From: an uncultured Thermoleophilia bacterium
Lineage (GTDB): Bacteria > Actinomycetota > Thermoleophilia > UBA2241
Assembly: GCA_963735345.1 (NCBI GenBank)
Contig: CAVTKL010000013.1
Span: forward strand, 193,130 to 257,129
Length of the DNA stretch: 64,000 bases
Direction of reading: 5' to 3'
The translations under genes were made by a program, and so were the position numbers. Positions 17,641 through 26,774 of this stretch are shown here, piece after piece (within the stretch, counting starts at the first letter, position 1; each line of letters opens with the position of its first letter). The notes under the pieces were generated by a model that was given only the letters and a program-made list of their open reading frames with translations, was not told where the DNA came from and ran no database searches.

Positions 17641-18711
17641 TTGAAGGGGATGACGCGGCGCGCCAGAACTCTTCTGCATGCACTGCGCCTCCTCCAGCCA
17701 AAGCCCGATCCGCACGGTCGCGCGTTGAGTCGCCCTCCGCGCCGACGCCGCAGCCAGGCGCTTCTGCGCAGCCGCTTCCGTACGTTCTTCTTCCCGTTGC
17801 TCGCCGTCCTCGCCTGCGCCGTCGGCCATCCGGCGGCGGCGGCGCCGGCGGTTCTCGGCGTCCTCATCGGCCTTCTTTCCGGCGCCGTCGCCCGTCGCCA
17901 AGGGCAACGCCTCGCGCTCAGCTTCGCCGTGCTCGACTGGCTCCTGCTGGGCTGCGTCCTGGCACTGGCAGGAGGCGTCCACAGCTGGCTGCTGGGGGCC
18001 GTGCCCATCCTGACGGCGGGTCAACTGGGGGTTTCCCCTCACCATGACTGGCCGTATCTCCTCGCCCCAGCGTCCCTCCTGGTCATCGTCCTCGCCATCG
18101 CCGACCCCAGCCTCGGCGGCAACAAGATGGTCAGCGTCGCGGTGTTTCTCCTTCTCGTGATTGGTGGCGTGGCCGCGGCGTACCGCATCGACCCGACTCG
18201 CGCGCGGCGCGCGCGGACGGCCCGCACCGACGCGGTCACCGGCTTCCATACCGCACGGCGCCTGAAGGAGATGGCGGCGCCGCGCCTGCAGGTCGCCGCG
18301 GCCGAACAACAGCCTCTCAGCCTCGTCTACGTTCAGCTCGAGCATTTCGAGGGCGGCCGTGGCTTCCTCGGCGCCCGCGGCGGCGAGGCTCTCATCAAGG
18401 GCGTGGCCCAGCGCCTGCGCAGCCAGCTCGGGCCCGATGACCTCGCATTCCGGCTGGCCCCGGACGCGTTCGCGCTCGTCTTGCCTGGACGCTCGCTGTC
18501 CGAGGCCCGCGCCCTCGCCGCAGCCGCGGCACACGAGGTCTCCGGCGGCCTGATCGCGGGCCGCCGGCAGACCTTGGCGACCGGCGCCGCAGCCTTCCCC
18601 GCGGTGGGCTCCGTCGACGGATTGCTGTCCGCCGCGCGCAGTGCAACGCGACGCGCAGCGCTCGATGAGCAGTCGAGTCCGCAGGTCGCCAAGCTGGCCG
18701 CTGCGCAGTGA
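17641..18711 (+). CDS. Membrane protein with a degenerate GGDEF domain (RLAPDAF in place of RYGGDEF)
   Basis: DAVTGFHTARRL...LSLVYVQLEHFEGGRGFLGARGGEALIKGVAQRLRSQLGPDDLAFRLAPDAFALVLPG aligns to the GGDEF fold (PleD-like). N-terminal TM helices. Exact start uncertain. Confidence 0.6.
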   Translation: MKGMTRRARTLLHALRLLQPKPDPHGRALSRPPRRRRSQALLRSRFRTFFFPLLAVLACAVGHPAAAAPAVLGVLIGLLSGAVARRQGQRLALSFAVLDWLLLGCVLALAGGVHSWLLGAVPILTAGQLGVSPHHDWPYLLAPASLLVIVLAIADPSLGGNKMVSVAVFLLLVIGGVAAAYRIDPTRARRARTARTDAVTGFHTARRLKEMAAPRLQVAAAEQQPLSLVYVQLEHFEGGRGFLGARGGEALIKGVAQRLRSQLGPDDLAFRLAPDAFALVLPGRSLSEARALAAAAAHEVSGGLIAGRRQTLATGAAAFPAVGSVDGLLSAARSATRRAALDEQSSPQVAKLAAAQ

Positions 18712-19073
18712 GGCAACGGCCCCCCGAGGGCCCCGTCTTGCCAGCTCTCACGCGCCTCGCTACTCTTCGTGATGTGGAGATTGACATCGCCAAAGAGCCG
18801 CTCCATCACGGAGTGACGGTTCGCGTGCAGGTCAGGCTCACGGGACGCGAGTCCAGCCGCCTCTTCCTGGCCGGCGACTCACTCATCCAGCTGCCGCTGG
18901 ACGGCGCCTTGGCGGAGACCGAGCGGGCGCCGCTGCCGCGCGCAAGCATCTACCTCAGCGAGCTGGTGGGCACGCGCCAGGGCCTCACGCGTGCCTTCAG
19001 CGACGAGGCGTCGGCCGATAGCTTCGCCGCAGCCGTGCGCGCCCACCTCGAGACTGCCTTGGAGGAGTCGTGA
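18708..19073 (+). CDS. Hypothetical protein (121 aa), translationally coupled between the degenerate-GGDEF gene and the roadblock gene
   Basis: ORF with 4-nt overlaps at both ends; no recognisable family. Confidence 0.45.
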   Translation: MRQRPPEGPVLPALTRLATLRDVEIDIAKEPLHHGVTVRVQVRLTGRESSRLFLAGDSLIQLPLDGALAETERAPLPRASIYLSELVGTRQGLTRAFSDEASADSFAAAVRAHLETALEES

Positions 19074-19411
19074 CCGATCAAGTCGACACCCTGGCTCGCA
19101 CCCTGGCTTCCTACCGGCAGACGCCCGGGATGGTCGCCGCCCTCCTCGTTTCGCGCGACGGGTTCGTGATCGCCGCCGACGCCGATCCGGGGTTTGACGT
19201 CGCCGCCTTCGCCGCCCAAGCGGGCGGAGTCATCAGCTATGTGGCGACCCTGGGCGCCGAGCTTGGCGAACACGCCGCCAAGTACGTCTCGGTCGAGTTC
19301 GAGGGGGTGACCATGGTCCTGGCGCCGTTCGGCGACGAGCTCCTGCTCGCACTGCTGGGACATCCCTCGGCCCTCATCTGTCAGTACCGGCTCAACAACA
19401 CCGTCGCATGA
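19070..19411 (+). CDS. Roadblock/LC7 (MglB-like) domain protein
   Basis: LARTLASYRQTPGMVAALLVSRDGFVIAADADPG...AAQAGGVISYVATLGAELGE...VSVEFEGVTMVLAPFGDELLLAL is the roadblock pattern. Confidence 0.7.
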   Translation: MTDQVDTLARTLASYRQTPGMVAALLVSRDGFVIAADADPGFDVAAFAAQAGGVISYVATLGAELGEHAAKYVSVEFEGVTMVLAPFGDELLLALLGHPSALICQYRLNNTVA

Positions 19412-19466
19412 CAGCGCCGGCCTCGCCGCAGCGCGGCCTTGCCGGCACCTCAAACAGAAGGGACCC

Positions 19467-20063
19467 ATGATGGAAGACGCAGCCGAACAGCTCGACAAGC
19501 TGGCGCTGAGCGTCGGTGAGTGCGTCCGATGCCAGGAGCTCGTCGCTCAGCGCCTGCGTGCCGTCCCCGGAGGAGGTCACCCGCACTGCACCGTGATGGT
19601 CGTCTCCCTGGATCCCGACCCCGCCGACGAAGCAGAGGGGAAGCGAGCCGGCGCGACCCGCGTCGAGCAGCTCTCCGAGTTCATGCCGGCGCTTACCGAC
19701 GCCGGCGACAAGGTCTACGTGACGACGCTGCTCAAGTGCGTCGCGCGCAGCGCCGACGGAGCGCGATCGCCCGAGACTGAGGAGCTCGACAGTTGCTTCC
19801 CGTACCTCTCGAAGGAGCTCTCCATCACCACGCCGCACTACATCCTCACTGTGGGGGAGCAAGCCACGCGCTACATGCTGCATCGGCTGTTCAAGGATCA
19901 GCCCTACCGGGAAGGCGATTCGCTGGAGCTCCGCGTCTTCGACAACCCGGCCTTCAGGATCGTCCCCGTCGCCGACCCGGATGAACTGCGGGCGCGCAGC
20001 GCCGACGAGCGCAAGGAGTACGGCGATCGTCTCAAGACACTCGCGCAACTGATGGGCATCTAG
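19467..20063 (+). CDS. Uracil-DNA glycosylase superfamily protein, family-4-like with a non-canonical motif A (SLDPD in place of GEAPG)
   Basis: GECVRCQEL...VPGGGHPHCTVMVV...KVYVTTLLKCVARS...CFPYLSKELSITTPHYILTVGEQA. Confidence 0.6.
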   Translation: MMEDAAEQLDKLALSVGECVRCQELVAQRLRAVPGGGHPHCTVMVVSLDPDPADEAEGKRAGATRVEQLSEFMPALTDAGDKVYVTTLLKCVARSADGARSPETEELDSCFPYLSKELSITTPHYILTVGEQATRYMLHRLFKDQPYREGDSLELRVFDNPAFRIVPVADPDELRARSADERKEYGDRLKTLAQLMGI

Positions 20064-20067
20064 GGTC

Positions 20068-20958
20068 TTACGGAACCACGACGAGCAACGCGCGAGGCAC
20101 GATCCCGCAGCTGAGGGGGAGACGACCGGCAGCCTCGCCGTCCACCTGCACCGGGACTTCTCTGCTCTCGTCCAGGCAGGTGACCGTGGCATGCTCCGTG
20201 CGGAAGTACTCGACCTTCGGGTGTTTCATATGCGCGCTGAGTAGCGCCGCGCTCCAGAACGTGGCGGTGCTGAAGAACGACTTGTCCTTGAGCACGCAGA
20301 CGTCGAGCAAGCCGTCGCGCATGTCGGCCAGCGGCGTGATGCCGAAGGCGCCGGCGTAGTTCGGCGAGTTGCCGAAGACCACGAAGTAGCCCTCGACCGT
20401 GCGCTCCTCCGCGACGACGCGGAGGCGCGGGTCGTTCGAGCCGATGACGTGCGCCACCCCCTGCAGGGCGAAGGCCGCCTCCTTGAACGCTCGCTTCATG
20501 GTGGGATGCGGTGAGGCGACGACGGCAGCGTCCATGCCCACGCCGGCCATGAGGCCGAAGTAGCGATCGTTCGCCAGGCCGAGATCGATGGACGTGATGT
20601 TCCCAGCCTCGAGCAGCCGCACCGCATCCGGCGGGTCGAGAGGGATGCCGAGTTCCATGGCGAGCACATTGACGGTGCCGGTGGGAATGATGGCAAGCGG
20701 CACGTCACTGCCGACCAGACCGTTGAGCACCTCGTTGACGGTGCCGTCGCCACCGATCGCGCAGACGACGTTGAAGCCCTCGCCGGCGGCCTCCCGCGAG
20801 AGTGCTGTCGCGTGCCCGACCGCCTCGGTCTCGCGCTCCTCGACCTCGTAGCCGAGCCCGCGAAGAGCGTCGATGATGAGCGGGAGGTCGCGCCTGTACC
20901 CGCCTCCGGAGGCGTGCGGGTTGTGGATCACCATCAGACGTCGGCCGGCACCTATCAT
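20068..20958 (-). CDS. Diacylglycerol kinase catalytic-domain lipid kinase (YegS/DagK family)
   Basis: LMVIHNPHASGGG...VCAIGGDGTVNEVLNGL...LAIIPTGTVNVLA. Confidence 0.85.
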   Translation of the reverse strand: MIGAGRRLMVIHNPHASGGGYRRDLPLIIDALRGLGYEVEERETEAVGHATALSREAAGEGFNVVCAIGGDGTVNEVLNGLVGSDVPLAIIPTGTVNVLAMELGIPLDPPDAVRLLEAGNITSIDLGLANDRYFGLMAGVGMDAAVVASPHPTMKRAFKEAAFALQGVAHVIGSNDPRLRVVAEERTVEGYFVVFGNSPNYAGAFGITPLADMRDGLLDVCVLKDKSFFSTATFWSAALLSAHMKHPKVEYFRTEHATVTCLDESREVPVQVDGEAAGRLPLSCGIVPRALLVVVP

Positions 20959-21755
20959 GGCAGCATCTCCACCATGCCGCTGGAGAGACGCAGGACGCCG
21001 GCGTAGCCGCACTCTCGCGCCAGCGTCGCGGCCCGGGCGAAGTCGGCGCCGACATCGGCCGGATGATGGGCATCGGAGCCGAAGGCGAGCGGGATGCCCA
21101 GCGCAGCGGCCTGAGCCAGCAGATCCGGCGCCGGGTAGGCTTCGCCGACCGGCTTGCGCCAGCCGGCGGTGTTGAGCTCGATGGCGACACCGGCCGCCTT
21201 GATCGCCCTCAGGGTCGCGGCCGCCGCGGCGGCGACACCCTCCGTATCGACCGGCCGATGGCCGTGCTTCTTGGCGAGGTCGAGATGCCCGATGATGTGG
21301 AACAGGCCGGTCGCGGCGGCCTTGGCGGCGAGCTCGTAGCTGGCCCGATACACGCTGTCGATGCCGTAGCGCCCGAACTGATCGCGGCTCCTGGGATGAT
21401 CGTAGGCGAAGCCGTCTCCGACGAAGTGCACGGACCCGATCGCATAGACGAAGGGGTACTCGGCGAGGAGCGCCGCATCCTTCTCCACGGACTGCTCGAA
21501 GAAGTCGACCTCCGCGCCGAGAAGGACACGGATCTGCGGCGCGTACTCTCTGGCCAAGGCCTGCACGGTCGTGACGTATCCCTCGACCTCGTCGCGGCGC
21601 ATCGCGTACCCCGGCTGCTCGTACATGGAGAGCGGCAGGTGATCGGCGAAGCCCATCTCGGTGATGCCGAGCTCGATGGCGCGCTCGACATACTCGCGTG
21701 GCTCACCGTCGGCGTGCCCACAGAGGGCTGTGTGAATGTGATAGTCGGCGATCAT
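20955..21755 (-). CDS. hisK: PHP-family histidinol-phosphatase (HisK type)
   Basis: MIADYHIHTALCGHADGEPREYVERAIELGITEMGFADHLP...; ATGA overlap with the downstream kinase gene. Confidence 0.65.
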   Translation of the reverse strand: MIADYHIHTALCGHADGEPREYVERAIELGITEMGFADHLPLSMYEQPGYAMRRDEVEGYVTTVQALAREYAPQIRVLLGAEVDFFEQSVEKDAALLAEYPFVYAIGSVHFVGDGFAYDHPRSRDQFGRYGIDSVYRASYELAAKAAATGLFHIIGHLDLAKKHGHRPVDTEGVAAAAAATLRAIKAAGVAIELNTAGWRKPVGEAYPAPDLLAQAAALGIPLAFGSDAHHPADVGADFARAATLARECGYAGVLRLSSGMVEMLP

Positions 21756-21902
21756 GGATGGAGTGGATACTACCTCCCGCGCCGTATGGTTACACCTCAG
21801 CTGCGCCCACCCGGTCGGCATCATGCGCGTGCCGGGCGGCCACTTGCCCCATGCACGTTACTACGGTAGCATGACGTTTCGGTATCCGAAGTAAGGTGAT
21901 TC

Positions 21903-22382
21903 GTGGCACACCCACTGCAGAACCAGGAACGCCCGGCCGACAGCGTCATGGAGCTCGTGCGCATGCTGCCCGACTTGGCCGTGACCCTCTATCAGGCCGT
22001 TCCGCACGACCATCACGGGCTGCCCGCCGCGGCGGCGCTCACGAGCGGGCAGATGAGGGCCGTCGTCCACCTCGCTCATCACGGCAGAATGACGATGGGC
22101 CAGTTTGCCGGCGGCCTTGCGATCAGTCCGGCCGCCGCCACCGAGCTCATCGCGCGGCTCTCCGAGAAAGGCTTCGTGCGCCGCGAGCACGACGACGCCG
22201 ACCGGCGCATCGTCTTCGTAAGCCTCGCCGGCCGCGCCGAAGGATACGCCGACACGATGCTCGCGGAGTGGCGAGAGAACGTGGAGGCGACCTTGAGGGG
22301 TTTCCCGGAGATAGACGCCGCGACCTTGGTCGCCTTCCTCAGCGCCCTCGTGCTGCGCTGGAAGACCGCGGCGGGAGCATGA
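21903..22382 (+). CDS. MarR-family transcriptional regulator
   Basis: ...LTSGQMRAVVHLAHHGRMTMGQFAGGLAISPAAATELIARLSEKGFVRREHDDADRRIVFVSLAGRAEGY... Confidence 0.8.
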   Translation: MAHPLQNQERPADSVMELVRMLPDLAVTLYQAVPHDHHGLPAAAALTSGQMRAVVHLAHHGRMTMGQFAGGLAISPAAATELIARLSEKGFVRREHDDADRRIVFVSLAGRAEGYADTMLAEWRENVEATLRGFPEIDAATLVAFLSALVLRWKTAAGA

Positions 22383-24040
22383 GCGCCCGCCACGCCAGCA
22401 CCCGCGCCGCCGGCGGCGAGCGAAGCCCCTGGGCGATCCTCGCCGTGCTCTGCATCGGTCTCTTCATGATCCTGCTGGACGGCACGATCGTGAACATCGC
22501 CATCCCGCACATCATGACGTCGCTCGACACAGGCCTGAGCGGTGTCGAGTGGGTCATGAACGCGTACATCCTCGCCTTCGCGGTCACGCTGGTGACCTTC
22601 GGGCGGCTCGGCGACTTGTACGGGCGGCGCAGGCTCTACGTGACCGGCATGGCGCTGTTCACGCTCGCCTCGCTGGCCTGCGGTCTGGCGCCGAGCATCT
22701 CTTGGCTCATCGTCTTCCGCGTGGTACAGGGGCTTGGTGGAGCCGCGATGATGCCGGCCACGCTCAGCATCGTGGCCGCAGTGTTCCCCCCCGGCAGACG
22801 CGGCGCCGCTATGGGCGTCTGGGGAGGCGTCTCCGGGCTGGCAACGGCCATTGGGCCAAGCCTCGGGGGCCTTATCGTCGACAGCGCGAGCTGGCGCTGG
22901 ATCTTCCTCATCAACATCCCCATCGGCATGCTGGGCGTGCTCCTCGCCCTGCGTATCGTGCCCGAGAGCAAGAACCGTGGCGCCGTGGAGACCCTCGATC
23001 TTCCCGGAGTGGGTCTCTTCTCCGTCGCCCTCTTCTGTCTGACCTTCGCGCTGATCGAGGGCCAGAACTACGGGTGGACCTCGCTCACCATCCTCGGCTT
23101 GTTCGCGGCAGCGCTCGTCGGACTCTTGCTCTTCTACCTGCAGGAGCGCCGTGTGCGCCAGCCTCTCATCGACTTCTCGCTGTTTCGCAAGATCGACTTT
23201 CTCGCCGGCAACATCACCGGCCTGCTGCTGAGCGCCAGCATGATGGGCGTGTTCTTCATGATCCCGATCTTCCTGCAGACGGTGCTCGGCTTCAGCGCCC
23301 TCAAGGCAGGCCTCGTGATGAGCCCCATGTCCGTGGTCATCATCTTCGCGGCGCCCCTCGCCGGCATGATGTCCGACAGAGTCGGCAGCAAGTGGATCGT
23401 CGCCCTCGGCATGCTGTTGCTCGCCTTCGGCATCGCGTGGATGGCCGGCCTCACACCGTGGCACGAGCAACTCAACCCCGACACCACGCCGATGATGCTG
23501 CTCTTTCCCTTCATCGTCGCCGGCATCGGCATCGGTTTCGCGGTCGCCCCAGTCACCTCGGCGGTCATGGCCACGGCGCCTCCTGAGCGTGTCGGCAACG
23601 CCTCGGGTGTGCTCAGCACCATGCGCCAGGTGGGCAGTCTGATGGGGATCGCCATCCTTGGGGCGGTGCTGCAGAACCGCATCACCGCCAACGTCACGGC
23701 GGGCCTTGAGACAGTGAAGGGGCTTCCCGAAGCTCTCAAGCAGACCATTCTCGATGGTCTCTCCGCGGGCGGCATGCAGATGGGCATGCCCGGCGCGGAT
23801 ACCGCGCCGGGCGCCGTGCAGCAGGTGATGGCGACGCTGTTCAAGACCTGGTTCACGGACGCCATTAACACGACGTTCATCGTCGGCGTGGCGTTCGCCC
23901 TCGGCGGCGCTTTCTGCGCGCTGCTGCTGCGCGGACAGCCGCAAAGGGCGTCGCAGAACACGAGCTCGGCGGAGACGCAGGGCGCAGCCTCACCTCCCAG
24001 CACGGAGAGTGCGCCCGTTGTCATGCCTGACCACACTTGA
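22379..24040 (+). CDS. MFS drug:H+ antiporter, 14-TMS (EmrB/QacA, DHA2 family)
   Basis: ATGA overlap with marR. LDGTIVNIAIPHI...GRLGDLYGRRRLY...; 14 hydrophobic segments. Confidence 0.88.
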   Translation: MSARHASTRAAGGERSPWAILAVLCIGLFMILLDGTIVNIAIPHIMTSLDTGLSGVEWVMNAYILAFAVTLVTFGRLGDLYGRRRLYVTGMALFTLASLACGLAPSISWLIVFRVVQGLGGAAMMPATLSIVAAVFPPGRRGAAMGVWGGVSGLATAIGPSLGGLIVDSASWRWIFLINIPIGMLGVLLALRIVPESKNRGAVETLDLPGVGLFSVALFCLTFALIEGQNYGWTSLTILGLFAAALVGLLLFYLQERRVRQPLIDFSLFRKIDFLAGNITGLLLSASMMGVFFMIPIFLQTVLGFSALKAGLVMSPMSVVIIFAAPLAGMMSDRVGSKWIVALGMLLLAFGIAWMAGLTPWHEQLNPDTTPMMLLFPFIVAGIGIGFAVAPVTSAVMATAPPERVGNASGVLSTMRQVGSLMGIAILGAVLQNRITANVTAGLETVKGLPEALKQTILDGLSAGGMQMGMPGADTAPGAVQQVMATLFKTWFTDAINTTFIVGVAFALGGAFCALLLRGQPQRASQNTSSAETQGAASPPSTESAPVVMPDHT

Positions 24041-24138
24041 TGGCCCGCTGAGGCCCCTCCCAAGGAGATCCAGCCGTCTGCGGCGAATCCCGCCGTATGC
24101 GCGGTGCTAATCTGATGATGTGTCAGAGGAGGTGGGAC

Positions 24139-24396
24139 ATGTCCGCGACGACACAGAGCGCCCAGACCCGAACACTGGTGATCCCGTGTCAGCTTGAGGA
24201 GTTCTTCTACGAGCGTCTGACGCGGCGTTTCGCGGGGCGCGACGACGTGCGCGTGATCGTCGATCGTCGCGCCGGACAGCGGCGGCGTCAGCGCTGGATC
24301 AGCGGTCACGGCCCTCTCACCGACCGCCGCCGCCATGAGCGGCGCGAGGCCGGCCCCAGCTGGAGACTCGCCGACATGCCGGTCGCGACGTCCTGA
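24139..24396 (+). CDS. Hypothetical small basic protein (85 aa)
   Basis: Strong SD GAGGAGGTG 7 nt upstream of the ATG; no family recognised. Confidence 0.35.
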   Translation: MSATTQSAQTRTLVIPCQLEEFFYERLTRRFAGRDDVRVIVDRRAGQRRRQRWISGHGPLTDRRRHERREAGPSWRLADMPVATS

Positions 24397-24408
24397 GCGC
24401 GCCCGCGC

Positions 24409-25044
24409 CTACCACGTGACGATGGTGACCGCCACAGGGATGTCGTACACGTAGTAGGCGGTCGTGAAGCCCGTGTAGGTGACCGTCAGCAGGACGTGCG
24501 GACGGTAGGTCTGACCGACGACCCATCCGGTGCCGCTCGCCCTCATGCGGATGTTGGCCTGACGCTGAAGGCTGCGGGCGACCGCCAGCGGGTTGCTGCC
24601 GCCGGTGGTCGTGGTGGCGCTGAAGCGCACATCGTAGATCGGCTGCTTGCCCGTTGCCGCGTCGGCGACGTACGTCGCCGTGATCGTGACTTGAGTCACG
24701 GCAGCGTCGGGGAAGGCGGCCGGAGTCCGGACCGTGAAGGCGCGGTTGAACGTGTACGTCGTGGTACCGACCTTGATGCCCCCCATGGCGAGCGCCAGCG
24801 TCTCGTCCAAGCCGGTGGCGCACAGCGGGGCGACCCCGGACTGCACACGCTGCGTCGCGTATGCGGTCGTCCCGGCGGGATCGGTGGACTGCGAGTACAG
24901 GCGCAGCCAGCTGTGCACGTGGGCCGCGGTGGCGGCGATCTGTGTCTGGCTGGTCGTCGTGAAGGACGCCCCGGAGAAGCCGGTCAACCCCACAGCGAGT
25001 GCGGTGAGGGCGAGAGCGAGCAGCAACAGGAGGCGTCGGTTCAC
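24409..25044 (-). CDS. TasA/camelysin-like exported protein with a SipW-cognate-class signal peptide (paralog 1)
   Basis: N-terminus LLLLLALALTALAVGLTGFSGASFTTTSQTQ...; GTG start overlaps the sipW stop. Confidence 0.7.
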   Translation of the reverse strand: MNRRLLLLLALALTALAVGLTGFSGASFTTTSQTQIAATAAHVHSWLRLYSQSTDPAGTTAYATQRVQSGVAPLCATGLDETLALAMGGIKVGTTTYTFNRAFTVRTPAAFPDAAVTQVTITATYVADAATGKQPIYDVRFSATTTTGGSNPLAVARSLQRQANIRMRASGTGWVVGQTYRPHVLLTVTYTGFTTAYYVYDIPVAVTIVTW

Positions 25045-25595
25045 GCCTGACTCCCAGCATCGTCCGGATCGGCCTCGAATTCCCGCCTCGCCAGCTCGTC
25101 ACCAGCCTGACTCCACAACGACCAGAGCATCGAGATGGCGATGACGAGCGCGGGCAGACCGATGAGCACGATGCGCACTTCACGGATGGCCAGAGCGGCC
25201 AGGGCGTAACCGACGTAAGGGATGTGCAACACGTAGCGCGCCTGCTGGGGCTCGACGAGATGGACGCTCCACGGATCGGCGGCCTCGTTGAAGTCTCCCT
25301 TGGTGCGATAGACGGACCTGCCGTCCTGGCCTGGGACGATGTCGATGATGCGGTGCGTCAGCGTCGATTCGTACCCTGGCGGACGGAACGTGATGATGTC
25401 GCCCACCCGGAGCTGGTCTGTCGGCGTGCGATCGCAGTAGATGACCGAGCCTTTGGCGATGGTCCCGGTCATCGACCCGCCCGTGATCACGTAGCGCTGC
25501 ATGCCCAGCAGCGCCGGCACGACGATGACCACAACGACGATCGCCAGCGCGACGCCATAGAGCACAGTGACGAGCGCCCTGAAGACGCGCCTCAC
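25041..25595 (-). CDS. sipW: Signal peptidase I, SipW (archaeal/ER type, S26B)
   Basis: VITGGSMTGTIAKGSVIY...GDIITFRPPG...THRIIDI...; N-terminal TM. Confidence 0.85.
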   Translation of the reverse strand: MRRVFRALVTVLYGVALAIVVVVIVVPALLGMQRYVITGGSMTGTIAKGSVIYCDRTPTDQLRVGDIITFRPPGYESTLTHRIIDIVPGQDGRSVYRTKGDFNEAADPWSVHLVEPQQARYVLHIPYVGYALAALAIREVRIVLIGLPALVIAISMLWSLWSQAGDELARREFEADPDDAGSQA

Positions 25596-26140
25596 GGCGT
25601 CATTCCCCTGAACTGAAGCTGGACGGACATGCTCGCGCCCTGCAGGCTCCGAGTCGCCGAGGCAGCCGGGAACGTCAGGGTGAAGCGGTACTGCCGCGTG
25701 GCGCCTGGGGCGATGCTGCCCAGGCTGACCGTGGCGAAGGCCGCGACCGTCCCGCTGAACAGCGTCGCGGGCGTGCCCGTCGTGTCTTCGATCAGCAGCG
25801 TGAGCGTGTTGGAGAGGCCCGGTGAGGCCGGCGCATCGACCACGGCGGCCTTCGACAGCGTGTATGCCCCAGCGACGTCCCCGCCGCCGGCGAGCGATAG
25901 CGTCCCCTGCGAGCTCTGGCCGGGCCGCAGATCGGCGGCGCTGATCACGAAGGCGCCGCTCTTGCTGTTGACGTGCGTGAGGGTGCCGGCCGCGAATGCG
26001 TTGACGGGGTTCCCCCTCGCGACCGTGAAGCTGGCGCCCGAGAACACGAGTGACTGGAGCACGACGGCGAGCAGAGCGAGCACGAGCAGTGTCAGAAGGG
26101 CCTTCTTCGCCTTTGTCCGCGCTGTCGTCCTACTCGTCAC
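25592..26140 (-). CDS. TasA/camelysin-like exported protein with a SipW-cognate signal peptide (paralog 2)
   Basis: GTG start with a GGAGGGG RBS. ...KKALLTLLVLALLAVVLQSLVFSGASFTVARGNPVNAFAAGTL...; the ORF upstream of the GTG overlaps paralog 3 and is an artefact. Confidence 0.7.
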   Translation of the reverse strand: MTSRTTARTKAKKALLTLLVLALLAVVLQSLVFSGASFTVARGNPVNAFAAGTLTHVNSKSGAFVISAADLRPGQSSQGTLSLAGGGDVAGAYTLSKAAVVDAPASPGLSNTLTLLIEDTTGTPATLFSGTVAAFATVSLGSIAPGATRQYRFTLTFPAASATRSLQGASMSVQLQFRGMTP

Positions 26141-26216
26141 GTGCCACCCCTCCCCGGAGGACCGGGGGCGGACCACAGGTGCGGTCCGCCCCCATCGCAG
26201 TTTCCCGTCAGGAGGG

Positions 26217-26774
26217 TCAGTTGATCGTGCTGTTGGCGATCGCCGTCCAGTCGAAGCGATAGGTGCAGGCCTTGCCCATGAGGGCGGTGTCGGCGGCGTC
26301 GCTGGTCGGGGGGTCGTTCGGCCAAGTGACCGTGAACGTATACGTGTGACTGCCTGCCGGCTGCCAGATGCCCAGGCCTTGCGTCCCCATCGCACTCAGT
26401 TTGCCGCTGTAGATCGTCGTCGACCCCTCCTTGACTGCAAGGTCAAGAGCCGCGCCGAGATTGTCCGGGTCGGAGGTGGCCGTCTTGGAGAGCGAGAACT
26501 GGCCGGGGACATCACCTGTGTTCGAGAGCGTGACGGTGCCGCTCGAGACGTCTCCGGGACGCATCTTTGAGGGTGTACTGAGGAAGATCGCGCCTGGGGC
26601 GGCACTGTTGCTCATACTGAGCGCGCCGGCGGTGAACGCGTTGCCGGCGTTGGCCGAAGTGGCCGTGAAGTTGGCTCCGGATCCGATGGTCACGCCTGCC
26701 GCGACGAGCAACCCCGCCAAGGCGACCAACGTATGCAGGCGGCGTGGTCCGAACAGGATCTTCATGCGCTTCAT
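26217..26774 (-). CDS. TasA/camelysin-like exported protein with a SipW-cognate signal peptide (paralog 3)
   Basis: GGAGG RBS. ...AGVTIGSGANFTATSANAGNAFTAGALSMSNS...MRPGDVSSGTVTLSNTG... parallels mature TasA (AFNDIK...ATFASGTLDLS...LKPGD...). Confidence 0.75.
   Translation of the reverse strand: MKRMKILFGPRRLHTLVALAGLLVAAGVTIGSGANFTATSANAGNAFTAGALSMSNSAAPGAIFLSTPSKMRPGDVSSGTVTLSNTGDVPGQFSLSKTATSDPDNLGAALDLAVKEGSTTIYSGKLSAMGTQGLGIWQPAGSHTYTFTVTWPNDPPTSDAADTALMGKACTYRFDWTAIANSTIN

Noticed and set aside
21896-24040. A 714-aa ORF spanning the marR region and the MFS gene
   Set aside because: The N-terminal 160 aa is an out-of-frame read-through of marR. The real MFS gene starts at ATG 22379 in an ATGA overlap with the marR stop.
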